From Candidatus Altiarchaeales archaeon (lineage in GTDB: Archaea; Altiarchaeota; Altiarchaeia; IMC4; SCGC-AAA252-I15), in the NCBI GenBank assembly GCA_014727915.1, contig WJMO01000009.1:64001-128000 (forward strand): a stretch of DNA of 64,000 nt. The letters are read 5' to 3'. Position numbers and translations under genes: made by a program. A model generated the notes under the pieces. That model ran no database searches. It was not told where the DNA came from and saw nothing but the letters and a program-made list of their open reading frames with translations. This document shows, in pieces, positions 48,436 to 57,777 of the stretch (within the stretch, counting starts at the first letter, position 1; each line of letters opens with the position of its first letter).

Positions 48436-49125
48436 TTACTTCAGCACGATCTTCCCTATTCCGTATCTGTCGAACTCCTCCTCTATTGCTTTTATCGCTT
48501 TCTCGCCCGGGTCGTTTCTCCTGCAGGCTTCCGGCAGCAGATGCAGTGCGTTGCTTAGTGCGTGGTATTGGACTCCCATGGATTCAACGGCTTCCTGCAC
48601 GGTCCTGCCGTCGTCTCGCAGTTCCATCCGGTTCGTGACTCCGAACGCGGCCACAACATCAGCGCCCGCGTCCTTCAGAGTTTCGATGCTATTCATAAGG
48701 GATTCCCCGGTGGTGGTGACGTCCTCCAACACGATGGTCTTTCCCCTGGGCTGTCCGAGGAACAGGCGGTCCTTCGCCGCCCCATGATCCTTCGGCCTGC
48801 CCCTTCCCATAGGGAGGATGTGGCTTCGGGGAGCATAGTCGGAGGATGATTTCGCCCACTTGTACTGGGTAAGAACTCCCAGTTTGGTGGCTCCCTCGGG
48901 CACTCCGTAGAAGCAGTCCGGGCTCAAGCCAAGGTCCCGGGTGAAGGCTATCACGTAATCCGTCAACTGGTCCGCCAGGAACACGTCTTCGGCAACGTTC
49001 CTCCAGTTGACGTACCAGTATGTTCTCCTGCCGGATTTCAGCTTTATCGGCTCCTTGAAGAAGCCTACAACACCGTTGTCCAACACGAACCTGTTGAAGC
49101 CGTCCTGGTCGAACCCGCCCATCAC
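48436..49125 (-). CDS. pyrE: orotate phosphoribosyltransferase-like
   Basis: LKSGR, KDHG, VLEDVTTTGES PRPP-binding loop. Confidence 0.75.
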   Translation of the reverse strand: MMGGFDQDGFNRFVLDNGVVGFFKEPIKLKSGRRTYWYVNWRNVAEDVFLADQLTDYVIAFTRDLGLSPDCFYGVPEGATKLGVLTQYKWAKSSSDYAPRSHILPMGRGRPKDHGAAKDRLFLGQPRGKTIVLEDVTTTGESLMNSIETLKDAGADVVAAFGVTNRMELRDDGRTVQEAVESMGVQYHALSNALHLLPEACRRNDPGEKAIKAIEEEFDRYGIGKIVLK

Positions 49126-49422
49126 ACAACCCTCCTTATGCTTAATAGAAGTTTAGATTCAACGTTATAAAGCGACCCCCCGGACGCACACAACATGACT
49201 GTCCTGCAGATTCCTATAATCCATGGTGTTTCCCCCCCGCGTCGGGCGACCCTCCCAAGGCTATCCAATGCACCCGATCGGGTGAAATAACCTATATTCC
49301 AGAAAAATACATATTTTTTTCCGAATAATCTATAAAATACTGGTTTCTTTTTAGATACTTGCTATTTTTAAACATTGTTTTCAATAGCTTATCCGAGATA
49401 TGCTTTTATCTAAAAGGCGTGG

Positions 49423-50052
49423 GTGGCTATGGTGTTGTTGGCAATCGGCATACTGGGTTTCATAGGTCTTTTCGCACTTAACATGCATCATGTGATGAAG
49501 ACCGGCGTAATATCCAAGAACGACGAGGTCCTCTACGACAAGACGATAGTCTCCAAGGCATACTCCACGATCCTGCCTACCATGGGCAACAGGAAGCTAT
49601 GCCCTCGGACTGGCAAGCAGCACTGCTACAACGACCATCTCGGATGCGCGCACTTCCAGGGGCTGAACGATAAGAAGAACAAGGTGATATGCAGCTACCA
49701 TGATAGTGGCTTGTCAGATGCTGCCAAGGGCGGCAATGGAAAGTCCTCGAAGGAGATCGACCTGGAGAAGTACGCTACAGTCACTGGGATAGGCAAGCTG
49801 ACATACATCCTCCACAAGCACCAGAAGCTGACGTTTGACGCGAAGCTCGCGAAGCACCTTAAGATAAAGCCAGTGCTGCTCGACCAGTACCTGAAGACCC
49901 TTGAGCGCTACAAGTTCGTCAACACATACATGGACCCCATACATGGCATGATAATAGAGTGGGTGGACAACAGCGACCGGGTCTATAACGGCTACTCGAA
50001 GGAGTTCATAAGGGACGAGCTTCAGAAGCGCAGGAATTCTATTATTATATGA
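49423..50052 (+). CDS. hypothetical N-terminally anchored protein
   Basis: N-terminal TM, Cys/His cluster, possible winged-helix C-terminus. Confidence 0.6.
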   Translation: MAMVLLAIGILGFIGLFALNMHHVMKTGVISKNDEVLYDKTIVSKAYSTILPTMGNRKLCPRTGKQHCYNDHLGCAHFQGLNDKKNKVICSYHDSGLSDAAKGGNGKSSKEIDLEKYATVTGIGKLTYILHKHQKLTFDAKLAKHLKIKPVLLDQYLKTLERYKFVNTYMDPIHGMIIEWVDNSDRVYNGYSKEFIRDELQKRRNSIII

Positions 50053-50109
50053 TAGGGTGTCATTATCAAATTACCCTATGACTGTGTGAAACCAGGTTTT
50101 GGCTGAACT

Positions 50110-50748
50110 ATGACTTCCGACTCGAACGATGATGGGATAGATAGAGCCTTGGACTATGCGGAAAAGGGCGAGTTAAACCGGGCTAGGGGAGAGTACATTA
50201 GGGCTGTTAAGGAAGACCCTGGGAAGCAGGGCCTCTACTATATGATGTCTCCCGCAGGCGGAGGCTTCGAAAAGGCAGGTAAGCCGACTCGACGGAGGGT
50301 CGGGAGGAGGAAGGGGTTGAGCCCCACATCCGGGGTCGCAGCGATAACTATCGTCGTGTTGCTTGTGTATTACTTCGCGTTCATGCCTGGTGAGCTGCGG
50401 TCAGGCGGCCTGACTGCGGCACAGTCAAATGAAAAAAACAGGTCCGAGGACGCTCAACCCTCCGGTGGTAGCCAAATAGACAGCGATGACCCTGGTTTGA
50501 AAGTAGTCGTCAGGGACGGAATAACGGTTCCTGTTGGAGGTGGTAGAGATGCTAACTCGACCGATTCGGACCCTCAACAGCCGATAACATCTGAGAAGAG
50601 GGATATGTTGGACGAGACTGTTGAGAGGGTTAACACTGGCATGACGGGCTTTGTGATATTCGCTGTGATATTGGTCATGCTTATATTGATAATAGCGGAT
50701 GTGATGAAGGTCTATTGGAGCACCAGAGGAACAGAGAAGGACCGGTGA
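50110..50748 (+). CDS. hypothetical membrane protein (2 TM, TPR-like N-terminus)
   Basis: 212-aa ORF with two hydrophobic segments. Confidence 0.6.
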   Translation: MTSDSNDDGIDRALDYAEKGELNRARGEYIRAVKEDPGKQGLYYMMSPAGGGFEKAGKPTRRRVGRRKGLSPTSGVAAITIVVLLVYYFAFMPGELRSGGLTAAQSNEKNRSEDAQPSGGSQIDSDDPGLKVVVRDGITVPVGGGRDANSTDSDPQQPITSEKRDMLDETVERVNTGMTGFVIFAVILVMLILIIADVMKVYWSTRGTEKDR

Positions 50749-50786
50749 TATTCTCACATTTATTCTTGAATTTCCCAATTATAGCT

Positions 50787-52373
50787 ATGGTGCAGGATCA
50801 GGCTGGCGGCAAGGATAGGCGGGAACAGCAGCCTGCCGAGCCTCCTCGGCCGCACATAGACCCCGTACACGCCAACCCTCTTTCCCCTGGCCAGGCCAAC
50901 CAGCAGACTCCTATGGGTCGGATCAGCGTCGGACCCTATGGTGAGCGGAGGCTGACCCTCAGACCCCGAAAAGGCGAGTCCGTGGCTGATCAGATGGGTG
51001 ACATGATAGAGCAGATGAGAGGCCTCGGAGTTGACCCGTGGCGTGTCCTACAGCAGAATGTCATGCTCTCACCCCAGGGCTTCGACGAGGCTTCCAGTGT
51101 TGCTGCCGGCAAGCTGCGTGACTTCCACCAGTACTCCACTTCTCCGACGTCATATCTCACACAGCCCGCATTGGACGGGAGGGCTGCGATGGAGTTGACG
51201 GTATTCGACCCCCAGGAGGGCTTCTCCCCCGTGGAGGTTGAGAAACGGTCGGTCGTCACCGAACGATATGGTGAAGTCCATTATACCGTGGCTGAGGGGT
51301 TGGACGAGGACGGCAGGCCCTGGAAGGTTCTGAACTCTGCTGGCCTGCACGACCCGAAGGCCAAGGGCATACGCGCGCAGGTCCGGGCAGCATATGGCAT
51401 GGCACGGGAGATATTCAGGGTGGAAGGCATGAGCTGGAGGGACGTGGACTACGTCGAGCATGTTGTCGAGAACATAGACGGCCCGAACTATAAGGAATTG
51501 AATCGTACTCGTGAGGTTGAGTACAGAGAGGATGGCAGAACCAGCAAGTTCCCCTCTGCCACCGGGATCGGCGAGGAGCCTGTTGAAGTGGATTCGCCAG
51601 ACGGCATGCGAACTGAGGACAGGGGCAGGTTCGTGATGAGCTTGAAGGCCTCCCAGGGAGAGTCTTTTGTCAAGGTGCCGTTGGACAACATCGTATGCCA
51701 GCCTCCTTCGCACAAGTACGAGGCAGAGTTCCAATTCGGGGAGACTGTCAGGGGCAGGACCGGCGACGTTGTCGGAACTCCACTTCAGGCGTCTGGCGTG
51801 GGCGCGAAGGTCCCTCGCCCGTGGTTCGAGCGGGGTGGTGCGGTGTTCTGGAGGCAGGTTCCCCCCACACCCGAGGGTCCTGTCGAATACCCCCTTGAAA
51901 CATACTACGCTACTCCGGAGACTGCATTGGAAGCCCAGACGATCGCCACATACAATAGCATCGCAGGTTTGATCGGAGCTGAGAACCTGAGATTGCATGG
52001 GATCGGCGCCTCTGCATCTCTCGCTCGGTTGCAGCAGAACATCTTCTACGTGAAGCCAGGCGAGGAGGCTGAAAGGGCTGCTGCGATATCGGATGCCCTC
52101 GTGTCCGGAGTCCCGAACGTTAATGTATCAGCTGATGTCTGCTATGCGGAGCTGCTGACCGAAGCCAGGGCGGTGGCCCAACTGCCTAATGGTATACTCT
52201 ACATATCCGGAACGGCGTCCATCGGCCGCTCACCGCATAAGAAGTCGCCGATACTCCACTCCCCCAAGGAGTTCACGCCCGGGGACAGAGTGGACGTCAC
52301 ACAGCTTGTGAGGATGTTCGGCGTTGAAGAGTTGGGTAAACGGGGCATCCAAGCCATGGAAACCAAGGATTAG
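50787..52373 (+). CDS. multi-domain Rid/YjgF-like (FkbO/Hyg5-like) protein
   Basis: FPSATGIG, FERG, EAQT, ADVCYAELLTE, YISGTASI. Confidence 0.6.
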   Translation: MVQDQAGGKDRREQQPAEPPRPHIDPVHANPLSPGQANQQTPMGRISVGPYGERRLTLRPRKGESVADQMGDMIEQMRGLGVDPWRVLQQNVMLSPQGFDEASSVAAGKLRDFHQYSTSPTSYLTQPALDGRAAMELTVFDPQEGFSPVEVEKRSVVTERYGEVHYTVAEGLDEDGRPWKVLNSAGLHDPKAKGIRAQVRAAYGMAREIFRVEGMSWRDVDYVEHVVENIDGPNYKELNRTREVEYREDGRTSKFPSATGIGEEPVEVDSPDGMRTEDRGRFVMSLKASQGESFVKVPLDNIVCQPPSHKYEAEFQFGETVRGRTGDVVGTPLQASGVGAKVPRPWFERGGAVFWRQVPPTPEGPVEYPLETYYATPETALEAQTIATYNSIAGLIGAENLRLHGIGASASLARLQQNIFYVKPGEEAERAAAISDALVSGVPNVNVSADVCYAELLTEARAVAQLPNGILYISGTASIGRSPHKKSPILHSPKEFTPGDRVDVTQLVRMFGVEELGKRGIQAMETKD

Positions 52374-52412
52374 GCTTCTTTTAAACCGTGGCATCCTATA
52401 TGTTCAGGTAAG

Positions 52413-52580
52413 ATGCCAGCTTTGAAAAAGGTCAAAACCGACGGTTTGATGGGTGGAGCAGGTCTAATACGTTACTTTGACGTTGACGAGGGCGGCCCTA
52501 AGATGGACCCTAAGATGTTCCTGGGTTTTGTCGTGGCAATCCTGGTCTTGGAATTATTGTCTCATGTAATATTATCTTGA
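52413..52580 (+). CDS. secG: preprotein translocase subunit Sec61beta
   Basis: Manual translation MPALKKVKTDGLMGGAGLIRYFDVDEGGPKMDP plus TM; AGLIRYFD signature; not in ORF track. Confidence 0.88.
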   Translation: MPALKKVKTDGLMGGAGLIRYFDVDEGGPKMDPKMFLGFVVAILVLELLSHVILS

Positions 52581-52591
52581 GTTTTGATGTC

Positions 52592-53014
52592 ATGGAATCC
52601 AGATACTTGAGGGCATTCTCTGTTCTGGCGCTGTTCATCCTCCATTCCGGCTGTACCCAACCCGACACCGAACCTGAACCTGTTACGACAACACATTCGA
52701 CTTCAACTACGACCCCGACGACATCATCAACATCCACTTCCTCCTCTACCCTGCTGTCCACGTCCACTACCCTCGCTCCGACCACTTCGACTCTCCCTTT
52801 CAGGTTCGAATGCTCTGTCAACAGGGACTGCGGGGAGATAACGGAGGCGCTTATCTGCTACATGGGGGATGTCTACGTCAACCGGATCATACCGACTTGC
52901 CAGAGCCCGAACACCCCCTATGCTAAGTGCGTCAACACGACGAAGCTGTCCATGTCCCCTGTCGAAAAGTGCGGGGGTAACAGGTGCCAGGCTGGCAGGT
53001 GCATAAACCAGTAA
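52592..53014 (+). CDS. Thr/Ser-rich, Cys-rich lipoprotein-like surface protein
   Basis: SGCTQ lipobox-like, T/S linker, Cys-rich C-terminal domain. Confidence 0.7.
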   Translation: MESRYLRAFSVLALFILHSGCTQPDTEPEPVTTTHSTSTTTPTTSSTSTSSSTLLSTSTTLAPTTSTLPFRFECSVNRDCGEITEALICYMGDVYVNRIIPTCQSPNTPYAKCVNTTKLSMSPVEKCGGNRCQAGRCINQ

Positions 53015-53015
53015 A

Positions 53016-54923
53016 ATGCGTCCATACCATATTGTCTTGGTGCTGGTATTGGTTTGCGGCTGCGTTGGAACGGAGGTAAAGGACGTCTCGAACTGCCAGC
53101 TGATAGGGAATGACGATCAGCGGGACTGGTGTTACACGAACTATGCTATCGAATCGGGCGACAGCAGCGTCTGCGAGTCATTGAAGAATCCGATGTGGAT
53201 GAGCGGCTGCTATGCGGTCGTCGATGGCATACCTCCGATGTGCGAGAACATAACCGACCAGTTCTGGAGGGATGCATGCTACTATGGTGTCGCGATGAAC
53301 TTGGATAACCAGTCCGTCTGCCACAGGATCCAGGGCACGGACTACCGGGCGTGGTGCATAAGGGACACCGGTTTTGATGAGAACAAGCTTAGGGTCTGCG
53401 ATGATAAGGAGGACAACGATGAGATGCTATGGTGCATCGCTGTCGTGTCCAAGGACCCGACAATCTGCAGTAGGATTGGGGATAGCGGTTGGAAGGAGGA
53501 CTGCCTGTCGGATGTGTTCGAGCTCTGGACGGTAGGTGAGGGGACTTCAACAACCCACACCACGACATCATCCACCATGGAGCCCACGACTTCCACGCTC
53601 ACGTCCAGTCCCACCACTTTGGCGGTTGCGACCTCCACAAGCTTGGCTCCTGTCACGTCCACTACCCTAGTATCCGCTACTTCGACGACGGTTAAGCCGG
53701 TCACGTCCACGACGGGGACTTCGACTTCCACTACTCTAGAGCCGTCCACTTCGACGACGTTGGAGCTCGTTTCCACCACTACGACGTTGGCTCCGACCAC
53801 GACAACGGTCGAGACGACTTCCACCACCTTGGCTCCTGTGACGTCCACGACGGGGACTTCGACTTCCACTACTCTAGAGCCGTCCACTTCGACGACAGTC
53901 GCTCCTACAACGACCACGGTTGAGGTTACATCCACGACGTTGAGGGCTACCTCGACCACTTTACAGCCCACAACCACCTTGGAGGCCAGTTCCACAACAT
54001 TGGCTCCGTCAACCACTATCCTGAAGGTTACAACCACGACCTTGCTTCCTGTTACTTCAACAACCCTGGAGGCGGCTACTTCAACCACTCTCCTGCCGTC
54101 CGCTTCGACGACGTTGGCTCCGACTACTACGCTTATGCCCACTACCACCTTGGCTCCGTCAACCACTATCCTGAAGGTTACAACCACGACCTTGCCGCCG
54201 ACTACCACGACCCTGTTGGGCTGTGACGTGATGTGCGACGCAGACTACGGTCTCCCCGGCGGATACTGCACGGAGAATATCGAATGCGACCGAACATACC
54301 ATTGGCCCACCTACTATGGCGGGCCCCCCTATCACTTGGTCTGCCAGAGCGGAAGATGGTGCTGTTGCCCGATGACAACCACCACAACAACTGCCGCCCC
54401 AACCTCCACGACCTTGCAGTCCACTTCGACGACCTTGCAGTCCACTTCGACGACGTTGGTTCCGTCCACTTCGACGACCTTGCAGTCCACTTCGACGACG
54501 TTGGCTCCTGTCACGTCCACGACCTTGGAGGCTCCTCCCACAGTGGAGGATTGTGAGGCCGTCACCCACCCTGTGGAGAAGGACTGGTGCTTTGCCAAGG
54601 CGGCCGCGGCAGCCAACGACACCAGCATATGCGACAGGGTCGTGAGCGGCTACTGGAAGGACGCATGCCGCCGTGACGTCGCAATATCCGCTGGTGACCC
54701 GTCAATATGCGATGGAGTCGTGGAAGAGGAGAGGCGCGACGTCTGCCACATGGAGGTCGCGATAGAGTGGATGGACCCCTCATTCTGCGTTGGCATAGGA
54801 TACGAGGAGAAGCGGAATCAGTGCCTCCTAGAGATAAGCATACTCCGAAAGGACCCCCGCGTCTGCGACAGCATACTCGACAAGCACTGGCAGACGGTCT
54901 GCTACAAATACGCAGGGCCCTAG
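53016..54923 (+). CDS. mucin-like surface protein with Cys-rich repeats and a long Thr-rich stalk
   Basis: CxxI..RDxCY repeats at both ends; TSTTL units in the middle. Confidence 0.8.
   Translation: MRPYHIVLVLVLVCGCVGTEVKDVSNCQLIGNDDQRDWCYTNYAIESGDSSVCESLKNPMWMSGCYAVVDGIPPMCENITDQFWRDACYYGVAMNLDNQSVCHRIQGTDYRAWCIRDTGFDENKLRVCDDKEDNDEMLWCIAVVSKDPTICSRIGDSGWKEDCLSDVFELWTVGEGTSTTHTTTSSTMEPTTSTLTSSPTTLAVATSTSLAPVTSTTLVSATSTTVKPVTSTTGTSTSTTLEPSTSTTLELVSTTTTLAPTTTTVETTSTTLAPVTSTTGTSTSTTLEPSTSTTVAPTTTTVEVTSTTLRATSTTLQPTTTLEASSTTLAPSTTILKVTTTTLLPVTSTTLEAATSTTLLPSASTTLAPTTTLMPTTTLAPSTTILKVTTTTLPPTTTTLLGCDVMCDADYGLPGGYCTENIECDRTYHWPTYYGGPPYHLVCQSGRWCCCPMTTTTTTAAPTSTTLQSTSTTLQSTSTTLVPSTSTTLQSTSTTLAPVTSTTLEAPPTVEDCEAVTHPVEKDWCFAKAAAAANDTSICDRVVSGYWKDACRRDVAISAGDPSICDGVVEEERRDVCHMEVAIEWMDPSFCVGIGYEEKRNQCLLEISILRKDPRVCDSILDKHWQTVCYKYAGP
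53703..54494 (+). repeat. intragenic direct repeats
   Basis: 56 bp at 53703-53758/53841-53896; 46 bp at 54000-54045/54150-54195; 21-bp unit ACGACCTTGCAGTCCACTTCG at 54408, 54429 and 54474. Confidence 0.9.
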
Positions 54924-54926
54924 GTC

Positions 54927-56240
54927 CTAACTTTCTCTGGGCGGGATGCCCAGGTAACCCTTGATTCTGCGTATCTCCTGCATCGTATCCTGGCTGTTGG
55001 CCACGGTCAATAGCCTGTCTCTCTGCCTGCTCATCATGATCATATGGTCGTGCAGTTGGGAGTCTGGCATTGCCACGACGTTCTTCAATGCCTCAGTGTC
55101 TGGCGTGTGGCCTCCATGTTGTATTATGGCATTGGCTGCCATCATCTCTGGTTGCCCCTGCTCCCGGAGTGCAGCGTATTCCAACGTTCTCAAAGCGTCC
55201 CGTTCCGCCGTTGGCGTTCTCGCGCTCCTACCCGCGATTTTTCTCTGAACCTTAGCCAGCTTCTCATCGAAGGATAGCACCCTGTCCTTTTCAGGGTCGA
55301 GGTCGGTTCCCATCCTCCGCCTTGCACGGGATAAAGATGCAAGTGCCCCTTTAGCTGGCAACGGCGGTTTGGCCATCACAGCAGATACTCGAGCCTGGTA
55401 GTCTCCCTGCTCAAGTGCTATAAGCCTGTTATGGTATGATCCTATGCTATCCGGCTGGTCTGAGGACATGCTTATCCCGTATTGCGCTCCAGCGGCTGGG
55501 TTGGGCGCCTGCGTAATGTACTCTTCCATGTAACCTCCTTTGACTCGCCCAGGCTCTATCCTCGCTGCCTGTCGGAGTTCATCAGCGGTTATCGGCGTAC
55601 TCTGAGCCATTTGGAATGCCCTTTGGGGTTCAGCTCCTCTTTCCCTCTCCAGTGAGAATTTCAGGACTCTCCCGGCACGCAACAGGTTGAGCTCATCGTC
55701 TCTCAGAGGATGTGCGTCTTCTCCTAGTGGAATATCTGCCTCCCTGAGATTGTGGTATCTTGCCATGTCCGCTGCTACCTGGTCAAAGCCCTCAATCCTC
55801 GCGGCAGGTCTCTGGATCGGCGGAGGCGCGAGTTGGGATGGGGTTTTTGGCCTGGCAACCCCCGGCCTGTCCTCTATCCTGAAGCTTACACTTGAGAATG
55901 TCTGGTCGATCACTGCCTTAGCCTCTGCAGTCCTACCAGATGCTGAATGCGAGGAGGCTGCGTTCAATGCAGTGAATGCCCTGGCATACTGCGACCTCTC
56001 ACTTTCATCCCTTGACCTGGTGTGCACTCCAGCCGCTATGTTGGCCAGGTGGGACAGCATCTCAGGCCTGCCGGCCAGCATATCCCCCGGACGGTCTGTG
56101 TTCAGCCTTGTTCCCCTGTGGGTTTCCATGAGCTCCGGTACTGCGGCCTTGAGGTCCATCTGCAGCCTTTCACCGTCCTGCTGGACTTTCAGGTCATGCA
56201 AGTGCTTGGTCTGTATCTGGCTCGCTTTTACTTTAGCCAT
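54927..56240 (-). CDS. hypothetical protein (orphan)
   Basis: 437-aa ORF, no recognised domain. Confidence 0.65.
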   Translation of the reverse strand: MAKVKASQIQTKHLHDLKVQQDGERLQMDLKAAVPELMETHRGTRLNTDRPGDMLAGRPEMLSHLANIAAGVHTRSRDESERSQYARAFTALNAASSHSASGRTAEAKAVIDQTFSSVSFRIEDRPGVARPKTPSQLAPPPIQRPAARIEGFDQVAADMARYHNLREADIPLGEDAHPLRDDELNLLRAGRVLKFSLERERGAEPQRAFQMAQSTPITADELRQAARIEPGRVKGGYMEEYITQAPNPAAGAQYGISMSSDQPDSIGSYHNRLIALEQGDYQARVSAVMAKPPLPAKGALASLSRARRRMGTDLDPEKDRVLSFDEKLAKVQRKIAGRSARTPTAERDALRTLEYAALREQGQPEMMAANAIIQHGGHTPDTEALKNVVAMPDSQLHDHMIMMSRQRDRLLTVANSQDTMQEIRRIKGYLGIPPRES

Positions 56241-56285
56241 GTTAGACTCTGGGAATTATTAGAATAAAACAATTATCCAGAGGGT

Positions 56286-56559
56286 GGCGGACGCTCCGGG
56301 AGTGGAGTCCGTCGTCTAGGATTCGGTTGCTCCAGCTTGGTTCTCTCTCCCGCGACCTCACAAGCACCGCACGCAAATGTTATGGCTGCTCCCTTCCGGG
56401 CCTGACCAGGTTCCATAAGCGGACAGTCCAGTGAGACGAGAAGTCATAGTTCCAAGTTGGACCGGAACCTGGGCTTCGGATTCGCCTCCCGGCTTTCAGC
56501 CCCCCCATGAAGACGGTTTGGGGTGACAGGCAACGCCTAATTGCCCGGCCTAGTCCACC
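56286..56559 (-). ncRNA. ffs: signal recognition particle (7S) RNA
   Basis: 5' GGTGGACTAGGCCGGGC..TTAGGCG Alu-domain start; helix 8 CAGGCCCGGAAGGGAGCAGC; 5' GGUGGAC pairs with 3' GUCCGCC; TTTTTATA box at 56583-56590. Confidence 0.93.
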
Positions 56560-56682
56560 AGAGAATAGATAGGCGGGACATGTATAAAAAGGGTCACCCT
56601 CAGGGGACTCATTGGTTTAAATAGGCTTATGAATAATATTTTACTGAGGTTGGCTGACTTTGGGTGACTGGCTGATTCTAGG

Positions 56683-57777
56683 ATGAAAATGGACTCCATA
56701 GTCAACGCTGCGATTCAACATGGGACTCTTGAGAAGCGGTTATACGATGAATTCGAAGAAGCCGATCATTTGAAGATCGTCGTCTGCGGGATAGGGGGCG
56801 CAGGCAACAACAGCATAAGCAGGCTGAACAGGATTGGCATCGAGGGTGCCGAGCTGGTAGCCATCAACACTGACAAGCAGGACCTCCAGAAGCTCCAGGG
56901 GGACATGACCAAGATACTCATCGGCGCCAAGCTGATGAGAGGCCTTGGAGCCGGGGGGTTCCCCGAGTTGGGGGCTAAGGCGGCTGAGGCGAGCCACCAT
57001 GAGCTTTCCGAGGTGTTGGCGGGCACGCACTTGATGTTCCTGGCTGCGGGCATGGGCGGCGGCACCGGAACCGGCGCGGCAGCGGTCGTGGCCGAGATAG
57101 GCAAGGAACTGGGTGCGATAGTCGTGGCGGTGGTGACCTACCCCTTCAAATTGGAGCGTGCGCGCCTGGAAAAGGCCAGGGAAGGCATTGACAGGCTTAG
57201 GAAAGTCGCGGATACCGTTATCGTAGTGGATAACAACAAGCTAGTGGAATATGTGCCTAACCTGCCGTTGGACAAGGCTTTCAGCGTCGCGGACGAGGTC
57301 GTGGCAAGGGCTGTCAAGGGTATTACGGAGACGATAATGGAGCCTTCTTTGATCAACTTGGACTTCGCTGACATACGCTCTGTGATGGGCGGCGGATCGG
57401 TTGCTGTTATAAGCGTCGGAGACGGGGAAGGCGTCGACAAGTGCGAGCTGGCGGTCCGGAACACACTCGACCATCCGCTGTTGGACGTGGACTACTCGGG
57501 GGCGTCGGGCGCGCTGATACACATAACCGGCGGCCCGGACCTTACATTGGGGGAGGCCAACCAGGTGGGGCAGCTAATCACGGACCAGCTGGATAGCCAG
57601 GCGTCGGTGACCTGGGGTGCCCGGGTGGATCAGGAGCTGGAGGACAAGATCGAGGTCATAGCAATCATAACCGGAGTTAAGAGCCCGAACATACTGGGTC
57701 ACTCCACCAAGTCTAGATACGACGACTACGAGCGTGAGCAGCACGACAGCTGGGGCCCGGACATAAAAGGCCTCTAG
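56683..57777 (+). CDS. ftsZ: cell division protein FtsZ (FtsZ2-like)
   Basis: GGAGNN, GMGGGTGTG, PSLINLDFAD. Confidence 0.97.
   Translation: MKMDSIVNAAIQHGTLEKRLYDEFEEADHLKIVVCGIGGAGNNSISRLNRIGIEGAELVAINTDKQDLQKLQGDMTKILIGAKLMRGLGAGGFPELGAKAAEASHHELSEVLAGTHLMFLAAGMGGGTGTGAAAVVAEIGKELGAIVVAVVTYPFKLERARLEKAREGIDRLRKVADTVIVVDNNKLVEYVPNLPLDKAFSVADEVVARAVKGITETIMEPSLINLDFADIRSVMGGGSVAVISVGDGEGVDKCELAVRNTLDHPLLDVDYSGASGALIHITGGPDLTLGEANQVGQLITDQLDSQASVTWGARVDQELEDKIEVIAIITGVKSPNILGHSTKSRYDDYEREQHDSWGPDIKGL

Noticed and set aside
49171-49284. GC-rich intergenic stretch with palindrome CACCCGATCGGGTG upstream of pyrE
   Set aside because: No tRNA cloverleaf or recognisable RNA family; a single palindrome is insufficient support
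53342-54208. 288-aa Val-rich - strand ORF
   Set aside because: Reverse complement of the Thr-rich stalk codons
54408-54494. 21-bp repeats as a possible CRISPR array
   Set aside because: In-frame coding tandem repeats without unique spacers; no cas genes
56651-56676. TGG(C/G)TGA triple repeat upstream of ftsZ
   Set aside because: Short, irregularly spaced and resembles the archaeal Shine-Dalgarno GGTGA
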